Shown here piece by piece: positions 37,690-50,026 of a DNA stretch of 64,000 nucleotides. The stretch comes from Gnetum montanum. Its lineage: Eukaryota; Plantae; Gnetophyta. Made by a program: the position numbers and the translations under genes. The notes under the pieces are model-generated. The model searched no databases and was not told the origin of the DNA. It saw only the letters and a list, made by a program, of their open reading frames with translations. The DNA lies in NCBI GenBank assembly GCA_015680685.1, contig MNCI01000273.1, positions 214,324-278,323 on the forward strand, read 5' to 3'. The first letter of the stretch is position 1. Each line of letters starts with the position of its first letter.

Positions 37690-40600
37690 GTGAGGAAGAT
37701 TGGGTCAAGCAATAGGAATATAGTTTTGGATGAGGTAGAGAAGGCAAATTGAATTATTTAAGGACTTAAAAATCCAAATGTAGGAAAAGGATCTTCATCT
37801 AGATCTACTAGGTACAAAGTTCTCATTATTTTTTTTTGGTTTTTCAAAGTTTTATGCAAACATTTTCCCACCTCTAGGCTTATCTAGGTTGAAATTTTTT
37901 TATCTACATGTGCCAAATTAAAGGTATAGGATTTTCAATTAGATTAAAATTAATATTTTTAATTTTGATAATGGCTTGATAATGATTTGTATGTTTTCCC
38001 ACACCTGTACTTAGCATTTTTGCCCTATTCTTGGTCAATTTTTCCCCAACTTTGACATTTTTTTCTAGATTATATATCCTATGATTTTGTAATTCTAACT
38101 ACATAGATATGTTATTTTGAGTGTTTTGGTAACACAAGAGGTGGAATTATATTTTTGGTATTGTTTAAGAATTTTATTTGGATTTTATACCAACCCAATT
38201 TTCAGCATTTTGGGCAATTTTTGTTAAAATTTTTAAGTATTCCAATTGGAAAAACTAATAGTGTTTAGGGTTTTGTAATCACATGTGGTCATCATTTTGG
38301 GTCTCTCAGGCTATTGGAAATAGTATATAAGGTGTTTGTATGAAGTTTGAAATTTTTTACAAATTTTTCTTGGAGTGTTTACTAGAGTCGATTCACTACA
38401 AACCGAGTTTTTGATCAAAATTCTGATTGAAAACTAGCATAATTGTGATTTTTTCTACATTTGGATTATAGCATTGATGGTCAATTTTTGTTTTTGTGAA
38501 CATGTTCATTGCACCTATTACCAAAATTAAATTTTAAAGGTTTTTTCTGAGCCTCCTAGATCTGTATTACTTAATTTGGATTTTGTTGGCATAGTTTTGG
38601 TTCACATGGCATAGGTCAACAACATTGTGTACTTAGGCTTGGTTTGTGAATGTTGTAAAACTTTCCATGTATCATGGCCAATGTGTAGCACATTTTAGAT
38701 AAGTCATATCAACATACAAGTGGTTTTAGTGCATTTTTTGGGGAGATGTGGTGGTGTTTATGCTCCAAAAGCCAAGAAATCTTATACTTCTTATTTTGAC
38801 TTTTCCATCATCTCCAATGTTTAAGCTTGTATGACTTGTTTGATCATTCACTTACAAAATATTCCATTAATTAGGCCCCAATATTGTCACTCTTTACCTC
38901 CAATTTTGCCAAATATTGATTTCATATCAAAAGTTTGTAAAAATTCTTGTTTTAATGTTTTACAAGCCAATTGTTTGTAAAAATGTTAAATTGTTTTTTT
39001 TTTTGCTATGTCAATTGAAGTGTAAAAGCTATATATTTGGTTTATATTGTGAATGCAATTACATTGGTGTATTTTCTTATTTTTTAAGTTTTGAATTTAA
39101 TGTTAAGGTTGTCATGCTAGTGATTTTTTTGGTATAAAGTTTCTGTATTTTTGTTGAAATAGTTATAAGGCTTTTTATATTCTAATGATTATGAATTTTT
39201 GCTATATATAGTGCCTTGCTAAAAAAAATTTTGATCCTGGTGGAGATGCTTGGAATCCTATGTTGCATTCGAACAACCACACAAAAGAGTCTAAATCCAA
39301 ATTTGTGCATTGATAGGCATTTTCTAATATGGTTTAGACTTGGTGCACAAGAATTCTTGGCATACTTGCTCTACAACTATAATGTGATCATATGGTCATA
39401 CTTGGTTATGGATATTGCCTCAATCATCATAGATACCCTCTTGGAAGGATCTTCTGTCAACATCTTGAAGTTCATAATTGATGATCATAATCCTCAGAGG
39501 AATATAGAACATAGTGGGAACTCATTTTTAGAGGGAGTTAGATATTTAGCCAAAATTTGGAAAATTCCTATGTATACATAATACAATTTTGACAACACCT
39601 TGATGATAGACCATAGGATAAAAAACTCTTCCAAAATCCTCCAAGAATTGTCTTCCTGCTGGAACCATAAGTTTGGTTTTAAATTATCATCTTTTCTTAC
39701 TTTTCAAATCTAAGGTTGTTCAGTTCTAATTGTTTTGATTCTTTGTTTATTCATAGACATATCATACAACCCAAAGGGTTCTTAAGGAATGACAAAACCT
39801 TAGCTATCAGTAGTATAGCCTTGAAAAAGTTCAAGAAAGGTGAGGTCATTAGAGTGGAGGTTCTTAGTCAAATCAAAGCTAAGTTTGATAGATACTACAT
39901 GAGATATTCTCATGTATACAAAAAAAATTTAGCCACAAACCATGTACATAAATGGTGGACTTGTTCAGAATTAGGAGCTCCTACACTAGCTCATCATAAG
40001 GTTGTGGCCTTGCCTAAGCCTAGTAAGTAAAATTTGTTTAGTATGGCCAACAACTTTTAGTTTTTTATTTTTTTAAATTTTTTTTGTACTTTCAAGAGGC
40101 TAACATTTTAACTATGTTTTATTTCAGGTTCTATGCATAATTCTATACTTGACATGACTATATCATGACATTTTAAGAAGAAAATTTAGCTAAGTGGGGT
40201 GAAGTAGACTTTGGAAAAGAATGGCTAGTAGAATGGATTCCTATGGACATTCAACAATGGGTTATTTCTGTAGGTTTGTATGATTTGTTCATGTTTCCTA
40301 GTCCAATGATGCCACTTATTAAAATATTGGGTGTGATTGACTCTTTTTATGTGGGAATCACCAAATTCATTACTTGCATTCATGGCTTACCTATTATATT
40401 AAGCATTAATGCATCCATGTTTAATGATCTCTTTGGTGTACCTTATAGCAGTGCCAAGGTTACCACTAGAGAAGGGAAGGATACAAGTTATGGAAAGAAA
40501 ATAGAGGCTTGGCTTAACTCTTCTGCAAGTGCAACATTATATTTTAACAATTGTATAGTTGAGAAATCTAAAAGACCTATCACCTTTTCCATGCTAGTCT

Positions 40601-42830
40601 TGTGTTCTATCACAAAATAAAACTATAGGAGGTTAGCATGCTTGGATAATGAAAAAGGTGTTGACTAATGATACTATTTTTGATTAGGCTACCCACTTGG
40701 TCATTAGCTTGAGAGATGAAATCAAAAATATTAACAATAACCTTAACAACATTTATGATGTGCACTTTACATTCTTCTTTCAATACCTTAAGAGGTTTAT
40801 AGATTTCTTAGTGATAAAGAGAAATGGAGAAAAGGTTGCACATGATCCTTTCCAACTCTCTAAGCCTTGGACTAATCATATCACTTAGGTTATATTCCAT
40901 AAAGATCCACTAGTTGAGGAGATAGTAGAATCATTGGTCATTACCACTATGCATCTTAATGATTCACATGGTTTGCCCAGTTGTTCCCTTGGCAGCATGG
41001 GGATTAATCCCTATTCTATGCATGGAACTACAAATAAGGCCAAGAGGCCACACAAAGAAGTATATGGTACTACCAAAAAGAAGATAAAGAGGCCATGTGT
41101 TAAAGACAAGGTTCAAGTTCCTGACAAGCAAGCACCCAAGAAGATGACCATCAAGCTCAACATGGTAAATTAAGATGTTGGATGTATGTAAGCATTTTGT
41201 GATATATTTTTTAGTTTTTTTTATATTTTATTTTATTTTTATTGTATTTTGAGTTATATTTTTATACTTAGATGAATGCTAATTTTTTTTTATCTTTTAT
41301 TATTTTGTTTTGTTGTAGGGAAGAAGTAGGAGTTGGTTGCCAAGGTTGCTATGAAGGAAAAGAAACAATGTAGGAAAGAGAAGGAGAGGATATCTATGGA
41401 GGCTTTTAATGTGTTAGGTTCTATCTTAGGTGATTTGAATCTAGAGAGCAATCCTCCAATATATCTTTCTCATGATCTTCCTAGTGTGTTCTAAGTTTTA
41501 TTTTATGTCTTGATTTTTATTCATCTTTGGTGCAATTACTATCTAATATGTTATGGTGATTATAGAGTATGGATCTTCACCAAAAGAATTTACATCAACA
41601 TTCCATTCCAAATCATGGGTGAAACCCCAAGACAAGCTAGAATTCATGAAGAAAATGATGAATGATATGTTAGATAGATTGTAACAAATAGCTCTTGATG
41701 TTTTTATTTTATATATTTTATTTTTCATGTTTTTATGATCATAGTACTCAATGTTTTCTTTAAAGTTTTTTAATTGTTTTGATATATTTTTTTGTGTTAT
41801 TGTAGTTTCCAAAATAAAATGGAACTCCTCATGAGACTTTGAATTTGATGAGTACCAAGCCTTGCCCTCCAATGTTGAGAATATCCCACATAGGTTATAT
41901 GAAGGGTCCATAGAGTGTGCTACATATTATGCAAAAACATTCTAGGAGGTCCAATGTTCAAATGATTTTCTATGGGGGGAGATTGTGGCATTAAGAAAGC
42001 AAAACAAGGAGCTAACTAATAAAGTTAACAGACTCGAAGATCATAAGGAATTCATAGAGAGACATGTGGCCAATAGAGACTTCTTGCAAACTAGACACAT
42101 AGAGTGGTCAAATTACTAGAGCACTATTTAATGTAAGATTTCTCTAGCCAAGAGCAACATGGAAAAAGATATGCAAATGGAGCTCCTAGTTGGAAAGTCT
42201 AAAGAATGACATGATTATTATGCATGGGTGTTAGAGTCGGGTAGAAAACAAAAAGCTTAGAAGTAGATATATAAGGTGGGGAAGGAGAATTAAATGAAAT
42301 CATGACATGGGAAAGCCATAACACAACATATGTATTAGTTATTTGTTTAGAGGATATGTGTAAAGGATAATTACAACATGTTTGTAAGATCCATGGTTGT
42401 TGCTAAGTCTCCTACTTCTCAAATTGCTACTACATCTAGGAAGACCACCACTATTGAATTTTTCCATGCTCCACCTAAGTGGATACGCATAAAGAAGAGA
42501 AAGATCTTGGTAGGAGTAGATCTAGGAGACACTGGTTCAACAAACTTGAGTGTAGAATAAGTTCTTTCACAAGTTTGAAGCTAATCTCCATAGATTTATA
42601 GCTAAAGACATAGCTCCTAATTTTCTAAAGTTTTGTGTAAAAATATTTTAAGTTTTTATGTTATATTTTATATTTATTATTATTTAGTTTTTTATGATTT
42701 CATAATTATGCTTTTTTCATCATGATTACTAATGTATTACATGTTTTGTTACTTATAGGCCTTAGGCAATGATGATGAGAATGTTGAGGATGATGTTGCT
42801 AATGATCCTCCTTCTCCTTCTTTAGCTTAG
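37690..42830 (+). pseudogene. Multi-exon accessory gene antisense to element E: FCP1/NIF-like HAD domain, PMD-like domain, charged/coiled-coil and acidic C-terminus
   Basis: Inferred exons ~37690-37811, 39212-39666, 39757-40022, 40128-41183, 41319-~41480, ~41545-41697, 41806-~42630 and 42759-42830, mostly bounded by YAG acceptors and GT donors with T-rich introns. The translations are homologous to B and D. Confidence 0.75.
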
Positions 42831-43539
42831 TTCTAGCATACTTGTTTAGCCTATTGTGTTCTATTATTTTTTTCCACACTATTGGTCTTGTTCTTTTCTT
42901 GGCTATCACAGCTTTGGAGACTATATTATTTTTTAATTTATGTTATCATGTTGTATAGTGCAACTATGGCTACTATTATATTTCTTCTTGTTGTTTTGTA
43001 TCACATAGTGTGATTTTACTATTAGTATGAACATTTTAGTAATAAGTTAAAACATTTTCTTAATATTTAATATTTCATAGTTTTTTAATATTTTCTTACA
43101 TAAAAGAAGAGTTTAAATAATAAGGCTATGAAGTAAAGTTTGGCAATAAAACAATAAAGGCATAAGATAAGGCATGACATGTTATAATATAAACATAAGA
43201 AAGATACAAAAAGGTAGGCCATAAAATTACCAATTTTAGGCCCTTGTAGATGATTACTTTAAGACCTTGGTAAGCAACATTTTTAGTTTGAATTTAAGTT
43301 TTCTATTTTTTATTTCATTTTATAGTTTTATGTAAACACAAAGGAAATAGGCATAAATTGTAAATTTGACATCAAAATGTAGAGCAATGTGATGTACTAA
43401 AATAGTAAATAAGACATAATAAAATAAAAACTTGTAAAGTAAAATAAAAATAAGTAAATAAGAGTTAAAACTAGGCTAGAAAGTAATAGGCTACATCATA
43501 TGATATAAGGTTAAATGAGTAGGTAACGTACTCAATCAC

Positions 43540-46265
43540 ACAACTATTTTCTAATCTTTGAAAGACTATAGAAAGTGTAAGGTCTCTATTGCACAATTCT
43601 ATACTCTCCATTCCCTTCAATCAAAATGTTAAATGGAAGCTCTTTCCATGATTCATTCATGGACTCATAATTTTTTATCTTCCCTTTGTTGATGTCATTC
43701 TATTCCTTACATCATTTTTGGTGGTAGGAGTTCCTTCCTGAAAATCCATCTTAGATCCTTGCTCTACCTCAACATTGTTGACAGACAAGGAGATTGTGCC
43801 ATCTCCATAAATTCTAATTTTAACTCCCTAATAAGGTAGGTAAATTTCTTGATGGATAAGAGTATAGAATACTCATAATTTGGCTAAATATGGCCTTCTT
43901 AGAATTAGATTAAACCCTAATTTTTCTTCCACTACTAGAAAATTAGTAAATTTGAAAAATTATTCCCCATTGATGAAGTCTAGAGAAATAGATCCTCATC
44001 GATACTGGTGACCCATTAAAGGACATAAGAGTATAAGTAGAATTATTTTGAATATGTTCTACAAATTCTAAATGACCCATGATGGGAAAGGATATAACAT
44101 TTGTTGCCATCCCATCATCAACGCCCACATATTGTAACTTGTATTAACCAATCCTTATCATTATGAAGAGAGGGATTCTCAACATCTCACCACTTTACAT
44201 GTTGGTCTTTACCTCTCCATCACAAAATGTTATGATAGTTGACTTCATTTCTCTCCTAGGTGAAGGTGGAACCATCACTACATGAATGGACTCCTCATTG
44301 GAAGGAATATCTTCACTGACAAGAATGGAAGTCAACATCTTAACTACGGCTTGATAGTGAGTAGAGGATGTCAGCACTAGGTCGTATAAGCTTAAAGAGG
44401 TGTTTTACTATTTAAGTGAGAGCTTAACCTATTTCATGGCAGTAAGGAAGTCTTTGTTATTATTTGATGTTCCTTTATTTTTTCTTCCCTTGAATTTCTC
44501 CATTCTACCTAGGATTTTCACTTCATGTTTTAGTGCCTGTTATTTAGGCCCCTTTTCTTTCTCTTATTTTTGGCTATCCTCCCTAGGTTGGCTTGTTGAA
44601 ATAGCTTGAGCATTCGTATCTACTAGTACTACTAAAGTTAGAGTAAACTTTAGTGAGTCTACTTTGTTCCATACCTTTGGTTATTTATTATCCTTAGTTT
44701 TAGTCTTAGGATTTATTCTTGCATTATTTAGAAGGTGATTTATTAGTATCTAGTTGTGAAGTGGCTAAAGCATTGGCTACCATAGGAGGGCATTGATCGA
44801 CCTAGTTCACAAGTTTATTGGTAATGGGAGGGGGCATCCTAATGACAAACAGTTTCTTAGGAGGTGTAGGTAGTGGTATCCTTATAACAAAAGGAGTTCT
44901 TAAACTTGTGGAAGTTGAATTTAATTTATCACCAAGAGGTATCATGATCACAAATGACTCCCTATATGGTTTCGGATTATTTCTAACATTAAATGTAGTG
45001 ATCTTATACTAGTCATTGTTAGCATATAGAAAGTCTCTGTATACTTGCATCTTCTAGTTCTAGGGCCTAACAAGATTAGATGTGTCTAAGACTAATTCAC
45101 CACTATCTATCATTTTTACAAATAATCTTTTAAGACAAAGAAAAAATCAATATCATGATTGGGAAATTGATAGTAGTAGAAAAATCGATCTAATTTGAAG
45201 TATTTAGACATAGGTGGGTCATCCTTTGTACCTACAATGGGATCTTTAGAGATCTCACATAGGCAATCATGCCTCTTATGGGAATTTTTGGTTATTTATT
45301 TCTATTGTATGCAACCACTCTTGAGCACATGGTCAAGAAGTTTAAACAACTTAATAGGTAGGTTCGTGTACTTGGACTTTCCTTTTCTTTTGAAGTATGG
45401 CCTAGGTGAGTTGGAAATGGAAGCACATGATGTTGATAGTAAAGTGGTGATGGTAAGGACCTTCGGTTATGTTGACTATGGCTCCTATGTTATTTTTTTT
45501 TCTTTGCCCAAAGTGGCCATGGCTATATAGTTGTATTTCCCTTTATCTCTATCCTTTCTTAAGTGTTGATTCTTCTATGTTATGTATGCTAGGTCATTGC
45601 TAGATTCTACGGCATTTTCTATGTTTTTAATATGGAAAAAGGCTTGGATAAGTAACTATGGATCTATGTAGTATAGCTTGGACTTGATGAAATCATTAAT
45701 TCCCCCTTTGAAAATGACCAAAAGGTCTCTTTTAGAGATGGACTTGGAGATTTTATCAAGGATGACAGTTCATCTCTCTATGAATTTTTGAACAAGTTTA
45801 AGGGTCCCATGTTTGATTTTCATAATTTGCTCTACTGTTGTATTAGGATCCAAATTATAATTGAAATGGTTAATGATTTATGAAATTAAATCATCTAGGG
45901 AGGTTATGGAGCCTCTAAGTAGTACATGGTACCAATCCAAGGCTTTTCCAGTTAGCAACATAGAAAGATACACATCACGGCATGGGGTCAAGCTTGTGAC
46001 AACAAGCACTCCAAATGAAAGGTAACGAGATGTGAGTTAGGATCATCATCATCATTATACTTAGTGAAATGAGAAATAGGGATGCCTATGGGAAGAGTTA
46101 TTTTCTAGATAGTAGGACTAACATGATCATCCTAATAGAAATCCATAATTTTTACCATCTAGGTGGTCGAGGCCTTAAGCTTCTACAAATCTTTAGTAAA
46201 GGCCTAGATCATTTGAATGGCTTGATCTAGGTCTTAAGGCATCCCTATGGGTTGGTAAATTTGAT
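43540..46265 (-). pseudogene. gag-protease of element E
   Basis: IMDFY*DD, KALDWYHVLLRGSITSLDDLI, FNYNLDP, LYDLVLTSSTHYQAVVKMLTSI, protease GVDDGMATNVI, FNLILRR and IHQEIYLPY. Confidence 0.88.
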
Positions 46266-46987
46266 CTAGGTCAAACTTCTTCATGAACACTCCTGATCTC
46301 ATTAATTTGTTCTTCAAGGGCATTTATTTGGTCATTGACTTGAGCTTCTATTTCTCTCCAATTTATTCGTTGGGTTCTAGACATCAGTAAGTGGAAGAAA
46401 TTAGGTATGTTTGAGAATTATTAGCCTCTATGGTCCTTTTATGGGATTCAAAATTATTTAGTGAATTGTGGAAGAAGTTGAAACTGTTATGGATTTCTCA
46501 CCAAAACCTAATTATTTTGGGACATAAATCATGAAATTAAAAGATAATTTTTTCTAATCCGAAAGAAAAATTTGAATATTCCGTTGAGTCTAGAAGGTTC
46601 AAATCTATTTAAATCAATATTTTTTTATTGAAAATTGACTCTAGATTCAAAAGTTATAGTCATTTTAAGTTTTTTGAATTTTCATGTTTTTTGAGACTTC
46701 CCGGGAGGTCAGCCATCCCACTTCTACTCCAAGATGTGTGGACTTAATGATAAAATTTTTATTTGGTTACTACCATAACACCAATTTATATTTTTGTAAA
46801 TAATTGAACACATATTTATTCTTAAACTAACACTAACAGTGAAATAAAAAAAATTTGAAAAATTTCTATTAGTTGGGAATTTCAAAATTTTCGTCAATTG
46901 TTCGAAAAATTTAATTTTTCCATCAATTGATGGACAATCGATTTTGGATCCATGTGGTGGCTAGAAGATGATGATGGGAAACACTAG

Positions 46988-47076
46988 AGAGGTAGTGACA
47001 AGTAGCATAAGAGGTAGTGATGGGTAGCATTGGAGGTAGTGATAGGTGGCATAGGAGGTGATGATGGGCAGTGCAT
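46988..47076 (+). repeat. 22-bp tandem repeat x4 (RGAGGTAGTGATGGGTAGCAT[A/T])
   Basis: Units start at 46988, 47010, 47032 and 47054. Confidence 0.75.
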
Positions 47077-47164
47077 GTAGGCATGCAGTGGAAGTGGAAA
47101 AAATAGTGGTGGTAACAAAAGGTGGAAAAAATGTGATTTTTGTTTACTTTGGCTGCGCTCCCCC

Positions 47165-47287
47165 NNNNNNNNNNNNNNNNNNNNNNNNNNNNNNNNNNNN
47201 NNNNNNNNNNNNNNNNNNNNNNNNNNNNNNNNNNNNNNNNNNNNNNNNNNNNNNNNNNNNNNNNNNNNNNNNNNNNNNNNNNNNNNN
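47165..47287. other. Assembly gap (N run)
   Basis: Run of N; continuity across it is unverified. Confidence 0.99.
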
Positions 47288-47679
47288 TATTATTTTTTTA
47301 CTACATGTAAATCAAGAATAGTTAGATCTTCCAAAACGTAACTCAAATTTTGATGAAATTGGTATCGTTGGAATCATCTTGGAGAGTACTTTGTGTTAGA
47401 CTACAAATAACTTCACTTTAGTGAACCTAAAAATCATAAAATTAAGAAAAATGAATGTTAGTTTTTTAAACAAAAAGTAAACATTAGTTTGTTCTTGTAA
47501 AAAAAAGTATACGTTAACTTTTGTTAAATCTTATATTGTCTTAAGTTATACTTTCTCTTTTCTTTTACTAAGATTTATATGATTACATTATAAATATAAG
47601 AAGTAAGTTGATTTACTCATTAGAATCAACAAAAGATTATCTACAAAGAAGTTTAAAAATTTACTATTATAAAGAATTC

Positions 47680-49823
47680 ATGTCTTCCAAATCTCAAACT
47701 TCACCTCAGGCCATTTCAGGTAGCCACTCTTTATTGCCTAATAATATTTTTCTACACCAAAATAATGTTCTTACTACTTATGATTGGGTTTGTAGCTTGC
47801 TTGGGAAGGATGGTTTTCAGTTTCTCACTACTTCTAGATTGGTTGATTTACTAGTTTTTCCAATCTTTAAACTTTATTTTTGCAAGGGTGTTCTTGTAGA
47901 GTGGTTTAAGGAGCATGATAATAGGAAAAGCACAATTTTTTAATTAGTTTTTGGAGTGGTAGGTTTTCAACCAAAAGAGGATCCATTGATCCTTACAACT
48001 CATTCTCCATAAGTTAAATCGTTTTGTAAGATGGAATTATCCAATTATGTTGCTAATTCCATCATTCGCAAAAATCAATTCATTCATAAAGATTTCATTA
48101 ACGATGATTATTTTAACTTATGTTTATTCATCAGTAGTAACGTTTTATGGTATAGATAACAATCCAATGTTAGTTCTTATTCTATTTTCATACTTCATGG
48201 TGCCATAACTAGTAGGGTTTATGAGTAGTTGATGTCATGTTTCTCTACTTTTTATACTATGATGACCAAAATTTCTATTGCCCACCAACATCTTTTAAAA
48301 TCCTATATTCTATGTTGTATACCTTTGATCATGTGTATGATCTTAAGGTATGATCATCCCAAAAAATGTTTTACTCATTATGATCCTTGATTATGTCCTA
48401 AATTTCTTGAAGATGAGAGGATTATGAGTAAGATTATGGGTGCTTAGAAAGGTCAATTGGCTTTATAGCAAGCTTGGAGTTAAGAAGAAATCAATGAGGT
48501 ACTTTCATGATTTTATTTTATCTATGTGAAAATGTAATATAGGCTATGTGAAGAAATTCAAGGTACTTGAACCTTTGGTATGGTTTGATCATAAGAACAA
48601 GCCACAGTTTCTATTTCTAAGGTATATATTTAAATATAATTTACTAAGATAAATATCTTATCTATATTTTTATATTTTATTTTATTTTTTCCTTTCTAAT
48701 AAATTTCTTTCACAGAGGCAACGTATTGGAGAAAGTTTTGGTAGTCCAGTAGTTATAAGATAATCAACCCAACAACAAGCTCAACAACAATCCCAACCAA
48801 CTCCTCAACAAGGTTCAAGATGTGATAAGGGAAAGAAACTAGAGGTAGGTTTCAATTATTTAAAGGTTTGAATACTTTCTTCTTTCCTTGTATATTGTTA
48901 ATAATAATTTAATTTTTTAATTTTTTTAATTTTTTTATGTTGCAAAGGTCTATGGAGTGACAATATTTTATCCAAGAGATGGATAGAGGTTATGTAGGCA
49001 CTACTTCTGCATAGACTCTTATTCCACCACCACCTAGATCACCAGTCATACCTTCTTTTTCTTTGACACCAAGAAGAGGTTCCCTTCCACAAGAAACACC
49101 AACAATAATTTCTGAATCTATTCTAGTGACTTCTTTTTTCTCTATCTCTATTTCTTCTTATTCTATGGGAATGATAGTTGCAGCTACTAAAGAAGAACTT
49201 GTGTTTCTCTAGCATATTAATAATGAATCTCTAACAACAAACCTGATTCTATTTGTGAGGATGTCTATCATCTATGGGAGTCACAATCATGCAACTTCAA
49301 GATAAATTATGATTTAGTATAGGCTAGACTTCCATCATCTTGGCATCCAATTCTTGAGGATGCTCCAGATGCTATAAAAAATCTAGAGCAACCCTTAGGA
49401 GAGTTGGAAAGTGCAACATATTATGCTTGCTATCTAGATACTCATGCATGTTTCCTTCAAATTGATTTTAGGTAATATATATATTTTTATTTATTATTAT
49501 ATTTTTCTCTCTTTTCTTCTTTTGGTCTTTTGATTTATTCATAACTCATAATTTAAATTTGGTTTCTATAGTGAAAGAAAAAAGAATGGAAAAGAGACAT
49601 GGATGATCGATCAATACAGGTGGAAATGTTGAAAAATCAACTTCAAAGAAAAGAGGAATCATCATCTACAATGAGGTGTGTGACTAAATATATCAAACAG
49701 TTATTTGATGGACTAGTTGGATGTAAAGTAGTGCTTAGCAAAGAAAATGCTACTACTGAAGAGAGAGAATCCCAATTGAAGATAGTTGTAGATCTTCTTA
49801 AATCATTTGGTCATAACAAATAA
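47680..49823 (+). pseudogene. Spliced accessory-type pseudogene (transposon-protein/PMD-like N-terminal exon, Pro/Ser-rich middle, coiled-coil end), antisense to the Tekay-like element
   Basis: One frame from 47680 to ~48498 reads through ~270 codons with isolated stops (MSSKSQTSPQ...FLTTSRLVDLLVFP..CKGVLVEWFKEHDNRKSTI...LCLFISSNVL...CIPLIMCMIL). GAG|GTAC and AAG|GTAT donors and T-rich introns follow. The last exon encodes IQVEMLKNQLQRKEE..ERESQLKIVVDLLKSF*. Confidence 0.6.
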
Positions 49824-50012
49824 TTATAGTTGCCCCTTTTCTTTATTTTCCCATTTTACCCTTTTTTAACAATGTACTTCCTCTTCATTCATTTGGATAA
49901 TAAAAAAAAATAATATTTTCCTCCATGTTGTTATTTTTCTTAAACGTACTTATGTTCTATGATAATAATAGAATAAGTTTTTTCTTTCATTTTGGTTCCT
50001 AAATCATGGTTT

Positions 50013-50024
50013 GCATCGATACCA
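50013..50024 (-). other. tRNA-iMet-type PBS of the Tekay-like element
   Basis: Reverse complement TT-TGGTATCGATGC directly after the LTR end (canonical TGGTATCAGAGC). Confidence 0.65.
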
Positions 50025-50026
50025 AA

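Larger units (their letters stand above)
37210..46265 (-). mobile_element. Element E: fragment of a decayed Tat-like element (gag-PR plus spacer), interrupted by B and truncated at its 5' end
   Basis: Minus-strand gag-PR at 43540-46265 is followed by the spacer with the plus-strand accessory gene. Its pol is expected to the left of B, outside the window. Confidence 0.75.

Noticed and set aside
39212-42830. Interpretation as a host CTD-phosphatase gene between TEs
   Set aside because: Homologous exons occupy the same position and orientation relative to the protease in B, C, D and E, so the gene travels with the element.
47058-47321. ORF spanning the N run
   Set aside because: Artefact of the assembly gap.
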